From Felis catus (Eukaryota), in the NCBI RefSeq assembly GCF_018350175.1, contig NC_058368.1, forward strand, positions 11,408,001 through 11,472,000: a stretch of DNA of 64,000 bases, in the 5' to 3' direction. The number at the start of each line of letters is the position of its first letter. The stretch's first letter is position 1. The position numbers and the translations under genes were made by a program. Of this stretch, positions 46,440-62,355 are shown piece after piece. Below the pieces are notes generated by a model. That model was given only the letters and a program-made list of their open reading frames with translations, did not search any database and was not told the DNA's origin.

Positions 46440-46875
46440 ATTAAACAGGGTAGCATAACTGCTACAACATACAACCCCCAAAGCTCAGAGGCTTAACACA
46501 GTAGAAGGTTACTTCCGATCACATAACAGTTCAGTATAGAGTTGAACTGTTCAGTTTAAAGAGACTTTAATTTAGATAGCCTCTCTTAAGGACATTGGCG
46601 TAGTTTGGCAGGCGGCCTTCCACATGGTGCTTCAAAGACCTTCCTTCTGTGGCTCTGATCACCTCGGCTCAGAGGTCCTCAACCCTCTTCATCCAGCCAG
46701 CAGGTGGAGGAAGAGAGTGAGTGGAGGATTACTCAGGAGGAATTTACACCACACGTGGCTCGAACGTGGCTTGAACGTGGCATCCATGCTTCTTCCCACA
46801 TCCCACCAGCCAGAACTCAGGCACAAGGCCACAACTGCAAGAAAGGCTAGGAAATGTAGGTTTGCTGTGTGACAC
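46440..46875. mobile_element. MLT1-like (ERVL-MaLR) LTR remnant
   Basis: ctcagaggcttaacacagtagaaggttact...ggccacaactgcaagaaaggctaggaaatgtagg. Confidence 0.55.
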
Positions 46876-48164
46876 ATTAAATAGCCTTTCTTAAGGACAT
46901 TGTCATGTCACTGGTGGCACTGTCACCAAGAACATGGTGGGGTGCTATAGTCCTACCAGTATAGTTCTAGCCGTCAGGTCCATTCTGATTTCAATAAGTT
47001 TTGTTTGTTGACCGAGGATCTAACACCACACATAATAAAATTAAGTAGGAAAATGAAACAAAATAAAGGTACAAATTCCATTTTGAAACACGATCCATTC
47101 ATAAATTGTGAACTGCCTATATGGGTTTAATCCTGTATTTCCTACCTTGAATATGCCTAAGTCCATTTTCCAGGGCCCTTTGTTTGCTCTGTAGGAACAT
47201 CCTCTCATATAATCCAAAGGTCCCTAGGGTCAAACAGCCAGGCAGCAGCTAAGAACAATGACATTAAATGCTCCCTCCTGGTTCACTTTCATGTGACCAT
47301 CAAAAGTACCACGGAATCCCCTAGATCACAGAGACAGCCAAAATCACTGTTTTCATCTTGTCCTCTGACTTTGTAGTCAGTTTTTCTCCTGCAGAGAGGC
47401 ACAGCAGAGAGTACAGATCAATGGCCCAGGATTCAATCATGTGCTTTACCTTACATTTTCACTTCCTTCTGATCAGGTGGTTTCCTGATGACTGAGATTA
47501 CCTTCATGCTATTGGAAGAACCAATATTCGGGCGAGAGTTGAGATGATGGTTGCCTTCTTGGCAACATCTGCATTTCAATATCTGCATATTCATAAACTA
47601 TTCTGAAGAGCAAAGACTTTGGTAGAGGCCTTGGTTGTGTTCAGAGTTGATGCGATCCATTAACAGCTTTCCTCTGCACAAGTACTCTGAAAACTAGTTC
47701 CTAACAAATTCTCTTATGAAAAAAGGAGTGAAAGTACTCTATGCAAAAAAGTATTTCAGAAGAACAATGTAGAAAAATGCTAGGGCAATAAACAAGAATA
47801 CATTTGTGAGTATATTCTGTGTCAGACACTGTACAAAGAATTTTTTAAATCGTCGAATTTTCACGACTCTATGATACAGATACTATTATTCTCCAATTAA
47901 AAAAAAGAAAATAGGGTCATAGAGACTACATTTCTTTTCAGAGTCCCAAAACCCCTTGTTCAAAACCAGGACCACCTTGCTGCAAAGCTTCTGACTCTAC
48001 TACACTATGCCTCTTTAAGATCTGTTCAAATTTGTTGTTGTTGTTGTTTTAACTCTAAAATGGCTCATTCTTAAATAAGTACCGCCAGAGGATAGCTCTT
48101 TGCTGTTAGCCTGCTTTAAAACTATCGATCACCGATGCCCCAGGGTTTGCAGAGTATAGGTTGA

Positions 48165-48772
<608 letters not shown>

Positions 48773-49626
48773 TCACTTCAAGGCGCATTGTTCTAGAAAT
48801 TCAGTGGATATTGTTTTATTGAGCCAACAACTGAAAATCCCCTGGTGACTCCTTGGTTGTTTTTGTTGTTAGTTTTAGTTGACTGGGAATTGGGGAATTA
48901 TTTGCATTGTTTTTTCCTTTTGCCACCAGCCCCTAGGCTGGCAAAGGACAAAACCAGGATGCTGTTGTGCAGTCTTCCCACCCAGAGAAGGGATCTCCAT
49001 CATATCTAAGCAGAACACTACCCCTCTCTGTATAACTAACCCTCAGTACACTGAGAAGAGCTGAAGAAGTAATGGAGAGAATAGATGCCACAAGAAGACC
49101 CTGTACATAGATCCCAGGCACTGGGGTGCATTACAAGCGTCACAAGGGCATTACAAGCTCTGTAGCTTGGGCCAAGCCTTTCTTTCCCTTCTTTTCCATC
49201 AGAAAAGTTACTACACCCCAGGAGACTAACACACGTGTGAACTCCAGCCTCTTTTCCTCTTTCTGGACTTTAGATGTGCTCTTCAAAATGTCACTGATGC
49301 ACAGACCTTCTCATACCTCAGCTCTTAATTTCTGGCTCAGATATTGACATTCTGTATTTCGAATGTCCACCATTCCCCTCATCAAGGGGCAACGATTGCC
49401 ACCTTAGCCTTTGCTTCTCCCTGCTGGATTTAAAATGAGATTGACATGTTGAGGACGTCAGATCTAGGGAAATAAATCTTGGTGATTACCTGCTAACTGC
49501 TAAGCCATCTGAATTTCCTAAGTGGCCATTAAATTTTGTTTTTAGACTCGGTAAGTTAAAGTAGCATAGATTGTCTAGCACTCAATGATATTAAAATTAG
49601 ATTTGAATAAAGTTTGTGTTAATTAA

Positions 49627-49788
<162 letters not shown>

Positions 49789-50916
49789 TGAGAAGAAGCT
49801 TAATGACTTTTGAAATCAAATATGCTGGACTTAATATTTGAGACATGCCTGGACCTTGGGCAAAATCCAAAGAACAAATCTAGTTTTTGAAGTATGACAT
49901 TTTCTTTAGTTTAAAAAAAAAAAAGAAATTATAACACATACAGACACATGTTATATAAGTAGTTTTACACATCAGAAAGATAGAGAAGAAATGTTAGTTC
50001 TAAATAATACAAATAGTAATCCTTTCTCATTTTCTTTTTTAAGACTTTAAGTGCTTTTTCAAATTTTATATAATAATTATCCTGTTTATTTCATTGTAAA
50101 CAGAAACCAAAACTACTTATTTTTTTGAATGAATATATATAAAACTCGTCTGAACTATCACTAAAAACAGCTGGGATTAATGTCGATTTTATGTGAATAT
50201 ATTCCTATCTTAGGATCTTCCTTTTTTATTTTTATTCCTTTTGCTCCTGCCAATGTTTAATTACCCATTTCAAATCATTCACAATTCTGTATTCTGTTTA
50301 TATAATTGAGCTCATTTTGCTTGAAATTGAGTCAGTGATGTTATCATAAATCACACGGAGCCTTGTTTCACTTTTAAGTTGGACATTTTTTATGGATAGG
50401 TAATTTTAGTATGATTACTAACATCATGCATATTTTTCTATATAAACCTACAGATTTATCTCAATCAGTAAGAATTTAGCAGGAATGTTGATAAAGAGTT
50501 TTATCTTTTCAGCCTGAAATAGGCTTAGAGATAATTTCTCATAGATTTTTTAGAAGTGTAAAAAAATTCCTTTGATGCAGTTACTTTTTTCTTTCTAGAT
50601 AATATCCTTTCCATTTCTGTTCTCCTTATCAGTCAGTTAATAGAATACTAAACTTTGTGCCTATCAGGTACACTTTATTTCTAAATTACTTCTGCCCAAA
50701 TTCAAACAAAAATATATGTGAAAGATCAGTAAACTTTACCACCAACCCCTCTTGTTTAGCCTTTCAATATGTATAAGTAGGTATTACGTCTTGTTGTGGT
50801 TTTGTTGGTAAGGGTTCTCATTGTTTGTTTTTGTTTTTTTCATAGCTTAAGTTTAGGAATAAGGAAATTTATTACTTTAAGTTTAAGTGGGGGGGGGGGG
50901 GGAGGAGAATAGATAG

Positions 50917-51672
<756 letters not shown>

Positions 51673-52508
51673 TGATGGTTGTTGTGTTTACGTTTGGTGT
51701 AATAAGATAATGGGCTTAGTACATTTAACAATTCTGTTTAGAAATGGTTGTTGGGGAATAGTCATTTATTCCAAAATTACACATAACGTAAATCTTAAAA
51801 TTATTTACACTGTAGAAGGCATTTTTAAGGCAATAGCATAAAAGGTACAGAAGTAATGTTTATATATTAATACATATTAATATATATTAATATGTATTAA
51901 TTATTTCTTCATGCTTTCTAGATCGAATTGCATATACAGTCAGTTTATTCCATTTTTCTTGTACAGATAAGCATTTTTTTCTTTTTTCTTAACTCCTAAA
52001 TCTTTTTCTTCTTAGCCTTTTTCTCCCTTTTGAAAATTCTCTTGATTCCCTCTTGTTTTGAATTAAGCCAAATCACCAGCCGTATTTTTAATATTATGAC
52101 ATGTGACCCAGACTTCGTTTCATGAAGATATAGCTTAACACAGTAGTACTAAGCCATTACTTACCATTTTAAAGAGTCTTCTTTTACTGCATTACATGAG
52201 CAAGACTTAAATTGGTTGGCTTACATCCTCTCAAACAAGCTTTTCTTAAAATATGCTTTCTGATAAAAGTTTCAAACTAGTGTTTTTGTTCGTCTTAATC
52301 TGCTTTTAAAAATCTGTGCCAGTCATCCTGATTCACAAACAGTCCATAGCAAGACAGTCACCGTGTCTCAGAATTACAAATCTACTTCAGGGCCTCCTCT
52401 GTAACTGGTATCATTGTTGTTGTATGCTTTTTCCCTGGATTTTGTGTTCAAAAGACTGCTTTTGCATCCCCTCAGAATAAAATCGGCAATATTCCTTCCC
52501 ACTGTTAA

Positions 52509-52661
<153 letters not shown>

Positions 52662-52892
52662 TGATTTCTGGTTCCACACTCAATTGGGTCGATATGGGCC
52701 TTCAGGAAGGTCCAATGCGGAACAGCAATTACCCAGAGAGGGAAATGAGTTTCCCAAAACCTGAGAATAATGATTGAGATTGCTAGTAATTGACGTCTCT
52801 GAGTAGCTGATGCACATTGTCTTTTGGTTTCATTATTGAGAAGACAGGTGGAAAGAATTTGTGAAAATCATATTAGCTAATTACTGAGATAA

Positions 52893-53417
<525 letters not shown>

Positions 53418-54361
53418 TAACCTGCCATATGTTTAAAGCCAGCCTTTGAACTGAGGTATAACCCACCTCAAAAGCTTAAAATCCTTCTTTTTACTACAGT
53501 AATACATGTCAGAACATTCCAAAAATGGAGAAATGTTATCTTAATTACCCCAGGTGTTCATATGTTATTTAAGGAGTTACTATGTGGCTTGATATATTTA
53601 ATGGTCGTTGGCTCTGAACCAATTACCCAGCATATATTTTGAAGTAAACTTTTTATCTTCCTTTTTAAGTTTGTTTTTAAAGCCGGAATGGGATTCTTTT
53701 GTGCCCATAGAAATGTGTTTCTAGCACACTTGTTCCAAGCGCCTGTTGTCCATTGGTGCTGGAAATACACAGCAAATGAAATGTATTCTGTGCAGCACCT
53801 CCAGTCACCCACTAGCTTAACCCACTAGGTCACGAAACCCATGAGGCAAGTGGTCACTGACAGCCATCTCGGGTTAGCATGTTCACTATTGCTTTTGTTT
53901 GAGGGATATGCATGCATACGTCTTGCCAGGGCCTTTTTGGAAGTGATGAGGCCAGTACCTTCAAACTTTTCTTTCAGATATGTCAACAGTGTAGGGTGCA
54001 GATAAGTTACAGAATCAATCATTGTCTGAAAGGTTCCGTAAGACTGAACCTGAACCTAGAAGAGGGTCCTTGCCCCCTCCATCTGCGTTGACAGTTGGTC
54101 CTGCAGGATTTTGATTTGCAGTCTGGGTCAGCAATGTGTGAGCTGTATTCAGAATGTCAACACCCCAAAGAGCCTCTCTTATATGCCACCCTGCTGCTTT
54201 TGACAATCACCTTGGTGACATCTGCCCCACAAGAGCCGCTAAGAAAACACACACATACCGGAATAACTGACGCAAATGCCCTGCTTACAGACGATGCCTG
54301 TTTTAAAACAAAGTGAAGTGTAAGTTAGCAAGGAGGCAAGACTTGTTTAGATCACTAGACA

Positions 54362-54695
54362 GAGTCAGTCAGAGAAAGGCAAATTTCATATGATTTCACT
54401 CATATGTGGAATTTAAGAAACAAAACAGATGAACATAGGGGAAGGGAGAGGGAGGCACACCATAAGAGACTCTTAACTACAGAGAACAAACTGAGGGTTC
54501 CTGGAGGGGACATGGGTGGGGGCTGGGCTAAATGGGTGTTGAGCATTAAGGAGGGCATTTGTTGGGTTGAGCACTGGGTGTTACATGTAAGTGATGAATC
54601 ACTGAATTCTCCTCCTGAAACCATTGTTAACTACGCGTTAACTAACTTGAATTTAAATTTTTTTTAATAAATAAATAGAAAAAGGAAAAAATAAA
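54362..54695 (+). mobile_element. Carnivore L1 3' end
   Basis: gtcagtcagagaaaggcaaatttcatatgatttcactcatatgtggaatttaagaaacaaaacagatgaacataggggaagg...A-rich tail. Confidence 0.85.
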
Positions 54696-54719
54696 ATGTA
54701 GAATTTAAAAAGCTTCGCA

Positions 54720-55175
54720 AATATAAATGGGATGTGGCATATACATACATACATATTATTCGGACTTAAAAAGGGATGAAGCACTGACACAGGCTGCCAT
54801 ATGGATGAACCGTGACAACTTTATGCTAAGTGACATAAGCCAGACACATAAGTACAAATATTATTGGATTCCACTTGTACAAGGTGCACAGAATAGGTAA
54901 ATCTACAGAGACAGAAAGTAGAATAGTGGTTACCCAGGGCTGGGGGCAGGGGGTGATGGAGAGTTAGTGTTTTACAGTTAGCAGAGTGTTTATTTGAGAT
55001 GATGAACAAATTCTGGTAATAAATAGTGGCAGTGGTCACACAACAATGTGAATGCACTTTATGCCACTGAATTATACACTTAAAAATGGTCAAAATGGTA
55101 TCTTTATATTATATATAGATGTTATATACATATGTGTTATATATATGTTATATATATTTTTTTCACTGTGAAAAT
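54720..55175 (+). mobile_element. Older L1M 3' end
   Basis: atctacagagacagaaagtagaatagtggttacc...ccactgaattatacacttaaaaatggt. Confidence 0.8.
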
Positions 55176-56912
55176 AAATAAATGAAATAAATAAGTGAAA
55201 ATAAATAAATAAATAAGAATAGATTACCTAATTTGTTCTATTCAGGCTTTGTCACAAATTGTCACTACAGATTTTGTTATCAACTTAATTTCCCACCATG
55301 CATAAGATATACTAACTCCTATTTCAAGTACGCACAGGCACGTATGTATAATTATAGATCGCTGTGGTCAGGATTGCCAGTGAATCTGTTCTGTTCACTT
55401 AACAGTAATTTTGTGTGTATTTACATGTGTTGACATAGCTCACATAGTGTCATTTTCAACAACTGTGAGATTCTAACAGGTTAAGATAACACAATTTGCT
55501 TAAACGTCTCCTCTTTTGCTTATATTCATAACTTTTTTTCTATTACAAGTGGTTCTTTTATGTAGACTTCTTATCAGATAATATTCAGGTTGTTTCTTCT
55601 GGTGGCACTTCCCAAAGTTACTATCCAGGTGAAGGAATACACAAATGTAGTTGTACACATTTGGGAAATTGGTCTCACAGACACTTTCCCAGTTTACGAT
55701 ACTGTTAACAATGTATAAATGTGTTTTCCCATATCCTCACTATATTTTATTACTCTATTCCTGTTTTGAACCTAATATTTTTATTGGTACTTTAAAATTA
55801 TTCTCTTTATGTATTTCCTTTCTAGGAATATATTTCATTTTTCCACACAATAGATTTGTATAATTGCCCATTTCCTCCTATATTAACTGCTCAGTTATTT
55901 CTTTTGACCTCTTTTGATGTGAAATTTCAGCGTATATTTGGATCCTTTCTACAGTTCTTTATTTAGAATAGTAATCTTTTATCCTGATAAACGTCACTTA
56001 GATTTTCTCATTAGTTTGCTTTCCTTTTTGAAAATATTGTTGATATCGTAGTATATGTCCATAAAAGAAAGTTTCATAGGTACAGAAAAGAGGGGGAAGA
56101 GAACAGGAAGAGGAGGTGAAGTAAAGAAAAATCATCCAAAATAATTACATTATCTAGAGATATCTTTTCTTTGTTAAATAACACACACCCATTCACATTG
56201 ATTTCAGCATCATCTATCACACAGAAATTGTATATCCTTCCTCTTTCAATTAATATTATCTTCTATCCTTTACCATCTTTAAAAATGCCATTCTATTGAT
56301 GATATGATATTTTATCATGCAATTTACCATAATTTATGTATCCATTTCCCTAGTGTTCAGCATTTATATTACTTACAGAGCTATTTTGTTTATTTTTTTG
56401 TGTGTGTGAGTTTCTTACCATCATAAAAAACACCTTAGTAAAATCTCATATATAAATCTTTATGTCTATCTCTAGGTTTGGATAAGTTCCTAGAAGTACA
56501 TAACTAGTTTAAAAGACATAAATTGTTCTTAGTACTCTGGATGTCAATTGCCAAATTATCCAAGTTACATTTCCACTGATGTTACATTTCCATCTTATAT
56601 CCTCACCAATACCGACTATTATCACTTGCTAAACTTTGCCAGTTTGATAACCAATAACTTGTGTCTTTTGTTTTAATATATAATTTTCAATAATTGGTGG
56701 TATTCGATGCTTTCCTTTTGAGGTTTATTTTGTTGTATTTGATTTGTAAATGTGGTATTTATATATTCAAACCTGCTTACATTGCCTTTAATGATAACCT
56801 TATTCCTTCAGTAGTTAGGATTTTCTTTTCCTTCCTAAGGAAACGTGCAATCTTAAAGGTGTTGGGAAGCATCGGTGCTTGTGTATGAAAAGGCTGGAGT
56901 CTCACTGACTGA

Positions 56913-57137
<225 letters not shown>

Positions 57138-58843
57138 TGAAGCTTCGCTTGTAGCTTATCCTTGGCTGTAGAACTGTATGGGCGCCAGGCTGCACATTCA
57201 TGCGTTGATATCCCTAACGCCCTGAGAGCAGTCAGGTGTGGTGGCCAACCACACTGCGAGTGACATACTGAGGAGAAAGACAGGACCAAGCTGAGGCATT
57301 TCTGAGCCCCTCAGAGGACACAGTTCTGCCTCTTGGGGCTCACAGGCTGGGTACTGAAAGCAGGTACCTAGCTGGGAGGGCCCAGCAGGGTTGTATTTGT
57401 GGTTTCCTATTTCAAAGAAGGAGAAGGAACCTAGGGCAGGTGTTTCAACATACAAGGGTTAATTCAGGGATTAAAATTGTCACTTGAGAGTTGAGGACAG
57501 TAAGGTTAAGCAACCTGCATGACTGTATTTGAAAATACTACAACAAACAAACACAGGAGTGTACCTGTTGAGTTGCAGAGTTCAAGGGCAGATGCTAGGT
57601 TCTATCTGGTTGAACTCATTGGCAAAGCCATACAATGTCAATGTTAGAAGTTTTTACCCCATCATCACTTGAATACCACGTTGCTTGCGGAAATTATTGA
57701 ATGCTAAAAATGATTTCCAAGCCTTTTTTATTGTCCGTGTTTTAAGTGGCATTTCTCTGAAAGCAGTCATGCACTTGGTAGGCATTCAGTAACACTTTCT
57801 CACTTCACAGCAGTCCTGAGGGCCAGGTGTCCAGTTCCTATTTGTCTACAAACCCCTTGCCCCTAGTGCAAAGAAAAAATTGTTTTACTAGACTGCCTAT
57901 TCTAACTAACTCAGGACTGTGGGCTATCTCTGTTATTCGATATCTTATCTTGAATGGGGACTGATTTCACATTCAAATCATGACCTCCCATTGTGCAGAA
58001 TTTAAGAGGGAAGGAAATATGTTTTATTTCATGTGCTCTTATTCCACAGGCTAGGTAAATAATAATAATAACTTTTATCAAGTTTGCTTATCTGTGCTCA
58101 ATATTTTTATGGGAGAAGCCCATCAGCCTGCCTGGGGCCTGTCAGGGAGACAAAGATCGAAAAACAAAGTGAGTCTTACAGAAAGAGTAGGCATATGATA
58201 AGCCAATAAGGAGAGGAAGGGCATTCCAGGACAACGGAACAAGGAAAGAGCTTGCCTGGTATGAGGAACTCCAAGGTTAGCCTGGGGGGAGGTTACTTCT
58301 ATAGGCTGTGCTCAACGTGTGTGGACTCCACACTGCCCACCAGAGGGAGCCCTTGGAGGAGTTTAGGCAGGGAAGCAGCATGGTCTGAAAAGTTCTAGAA
58401 AGATCACTGTAGCTGGGGTGGGTATGCTGGACTTCAATAGCGGCTGCAAGTAGGGAGACCAATTAAGAGGCCATTGAAATAGGAGAACGACCAAGGAAGA
58501 CAGAGACTGGAGGTGGGGAGAATGTTGAGAGTGAGTGGCCAGTAGCATAAATGCATTGGGTTTGTTTTTTTATTCGTACCAAAGAGCTACCTCATTGACC
58601 AAAATGGTACCTTGTACTTTTAAACTTCTATTTATTTGAATATGGACAAAATTTGGTATTTTCTTATTTGCTTGTTTCCTAAATGTATCTTCTCATCTGT
58701 ATAAATTCTTTATGTCCTTTGCCTTTTACATATGATGGAACTTCCTGCACTATTTTAAATCTGTGAATTCTGACTGATCATAAGAAGTTTCAGTAGCTGG
58801 GGGTTGATGCATTTTTAAAAATGAAATTGTTTTTAACCATTGA

Positions 58844-59059
<216 letters not shown>

Positions 59060-59310
59060 TAAATTTCAGCAGCGAGAACAGGTGACAAAGGTCAAAACTA
59101 GTTGTCTGGGGAAGGAGAGACTTATTTTGCATTTACTTCAAAGTAAGTTTTCTAAGGCCTGCATTAGGTTCTGGTTTTTAGGAACACAGTGAATGTCGTA
59201 TTCATTGGGACTCCAATTGGCAGCTTTTAAAACTAGAAACTAGCCTCAGCTATATAAAAATGATTTTTTGAAAGAGATAACTTTAAAATAGAATGACCAT
59301 AAGCATTTTA

Positions 59311-59586
59311 GGGGCACCTGGGTGGCTCAGTCAGTTGAGCATCCGACTTCAGCTCAGGTGGTGATCTCGCAGTTCATGAGTTCGAGCTCCAAGTCTGGCT
59401 CTGTGCTGACAGCTCAGAGCCTGGAGCCTGCTTCGGATTCTGTGTCTCCCTCCTCTAATCTCCCTCCCCCCTGCCCTGCTCCCACTCTTTCTCTCTGTCT
59501 CTCTGTCTCTCTGTCTCTCTCTCTCTGTCTCTCTGTCTCTCTGTCTCTCTCTCAAAGATAAAATAACATTAAAAAAATTTTTTTAA
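59311..59586 (+). mobile_element. SINEC with (CTCTGT)n expansion
   Basis: TSD agaatga(c/t)cataagcatttta. Confidence 0.9.
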
Positions 59587-59865
59587 AGAATGATCATAAG
59601 CATTTTAAAGCCTGACCTCATTTCTTTATCTGACAGGTATCATGTCCTATCTTTATACCCACAACTTTGCTCCCTGACCTCCCAGCCAGACCAGCAAATG
59701 ACTGAGATTTAAAGAGACGCAGAATCTGCCTTTACGGTTGTTTCCCCAAGTGACACGACTTTTTAGACCAGTAAAATGATCCATATTCTTGTCTCAAGGG
59801 AGCGGGAAGGAAGGAGGAAGGGGACTAGTGAACCAAGCCGAGGAGTCAGGAAGAAAAGAGAGGTT

Positions 59866-60328
59866 GGGGGGCACCTGGGTGGCTCAGTCGGTTAAGATCT
59901 GACCTCACCTCAGGTCATGACCTCGAGGTTTTGTGAGTTTGAACCCCGCATTGGGCTCTCTGCTGTCAGCGCAGAGCCTGCTTTGGGTCCTCTGTCCCCC
60001 TCTCCCTCCGCCCGTCCCCTGCTCACTCGTACATGCTCTCTCTTGCTCTTTCTCTCTCAAAAATAAATAAGCATTAAATTTTTTTTTTTAATTTTTTTTT
60101 CAACGTTTATTTATTTTTGGGACAGAGAGAGACAGCATGAACGGGGGAGGGGCAGAGAGAGAGGGAGACACAGAATCGGAAACAGGCTCCAGGCTCTGAG
60201 CCATCAGCCCAGAGCCTGACGCGGGGCTCGAACTCACGGGCCGCAAGATCGTGACCTGGTTGAAGTCGGACGCTTAACCGACTGCGCCACCCAGGCGCCC
60301 CGATAAGCATTAAATTTTTAAAAAGAAA
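59866..60328 (+). mobile_element. SINEC (outer element) whose tail is interrupted by a second SINE
   Basis: Head at 59866; TSD aagaaaagagagg at about 59851 and 60329. Confidence 0.88.
60084..60302 (-). mobile_element. Young felid SINEC nested antisense in the tail of the preceding SINE
   Basis: TSD ataagcattaaattttt at 60067-60083 and 60303-60319. Confidence 0.9.
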
Positions 60329-61412
60329 AAGAAAAGAGAGGGTGGAAGGTAGTCAGATCTGCCTGCTGCTCTGAGAATGGACATTTGGGAAGCCTGTACC
60401 AACTCTAAGATGCACAAATACTTTGCTCTCCTGTCTCGCTTACCCCGTGACCCATAAGCCCGCCAAAGCAAAAACTATACTTTGTCCATTTTGTAACCAG
60501 GGTCTGGTACAGAGTCTGGTGCATTACAGGTACTTAACAAACATTCTTCAACACTGCTGAATGAGTAAGTCCACTGAAGGAATAAACTAGATCTGCTTGT
60601 GTGAAACTTACTTGCTCTATTAAGTAGGTAGGTTGTAGTCAGCTTGGGTTTTTTCACACCGTGATCTCAGTGACCTTCTATCATTTCAGTATCCAGGTTA
60701 AGATACTCTTTTGCTGCTATTGTGATACCTGCATCTCTAGTTCGTGGGTCTGATATTAAGGTATCCAATCAATAATTTTTTCCATTTGTAACATTCCTTT
60801 TTCACATTGCTGGCGGGGAAGGCTACTTTTATTCTTTGGAGTTTGTTCTGTTCCAAAGGGGTACAGAGAGCATGCAGCCACTGGGCTGCACGCCCCAGGG
60901 ACGGAGCTGCTCCAGAATAAAGAGCCTGGAGAACCAGATGGAGACTTTCCAGCTGGTGTCTACCACCTCTGAGGGTAGGCCCACAAATGGGATTCTGTGG
61001 CCCCACTGGGGCTCAAGTTTGGGTGGTGCTGCCTACCCAGCTGCCACCCGGCCGTGTGTGAAATGAACTCTCAGGAAGTGAAATTTCCAAAGCGTTGCCC
61101 GAGTACCTGGCCCTGAACTCCTTCATTTAAATAACTGAAAAGATACAATCACTCTAAGTAGATTTTAAATAACTGAGAGTATATAGAGACTGGTTACCAA
61201 AGGTTGGGAAGACGGGAAGGAATTTTGGCCTCTTGTTAGAATGGTAAGAAATTCTTTTAAGCTTAATCTGAAAACTATTTGCTTTCCTGAATGTTTTGCT
61301 TCTGACCTTTACCAGTGGTTTAAGAACAAGCAATTGGATTTGTTTTCAGCTGCTAAAGAGGGTGGGAAAATGTTAACGATGTAAAATGATTTAGAATGTA
61401 TATTTGAACGTG

Positions 61413-61634
61413 GGGCACCTGGTGGCTCAGTCGGTTAAGCATCTGACTCTTGATGTCAACTCCGGTCATGATTTCATGGTTCACGAAATCGAGCCCCACA
61501 TCAGGCTCTGTGCTGATAGTGCGGAGGCCTGCTTGGGATTCTCTCTCTCTCCCTCTCTCCCTACCCCTCCTGTGCTTACTCCTTCTTTCTTTCTCTCTCT
61601 CTCTCTCAATATAAATAAATAAACTTAAAAAAAA
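61413..61634 (+). mobile_element. SINEC
   Basis: TSD agaatgt(a/g)tatttgaac. Confidence 0.9.
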
Positions 61635-61779
61635 TCAGAATGTGTATTTGAACATCAGGAAAATGAGCCTACCTGTAACACTGAACTTCTCTAAGGTTTA
61701 ATCAAATAGGTAATGTTTGGTTGCTGCTGGGTGGAGCGATCCCATATTCCACAGAACTATTGAACAGATAGAAGAGTGA

Positions 61780-61968
<189 letters not shown>

Positions 61969-62355
61969 TAGAATCCTAGTCCCTGGGATTGGAAGAGAGA
62001 GCTCAGGGAGACCTCTCGAGCCCAACTGCCCATGTGATCCCGGGTTCCTCCATCACCATCCTGGCATTGCCCACGTAGGCATCAACACTTCAGTGATGAG
62101 TATCCCGTGGCACCCCAAGGGACCCTGTCTCATCTTGGAACAGCTCATTTCATTGAGTTGAAGTCTGACATTTGCCGCTGCTACCCATTGGTCCTAGCTC
62201 TCTTTAGACTTAGGAAATGAAATCTGATCTCTCACCTTCAGAGAGATAAAGAAACCCTCTCCCCTCTACCACTCATTCCAGTGAGTTCTCTTTTCTCCAA
62301 AGACTATATCCTTAGTTCTCCCAACCAGTTCTATACGATAGGGCTTCATAAGAAT

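Larger units (their letters stand above)
59719..60435 (+). repeat. Local direct duplication B, copy 1 (split by nested SINEs)
   Basis: gcagaatctgcc...tttttagaccagtaaaatgatc...gggactagtga...gagggtggaa-gtagtcaga...cctgctgctctg-gaatg shared with 62356-62730. Confidence 0.85.

Noticed and set aside
50888..50903. Homopolymer G or C runs (also near 13737, 21647 and 27499) as G-quadruplex regulators
   Set aside because: Simple mononucleotide runs whose length is prone to sequencing error, with no further support.
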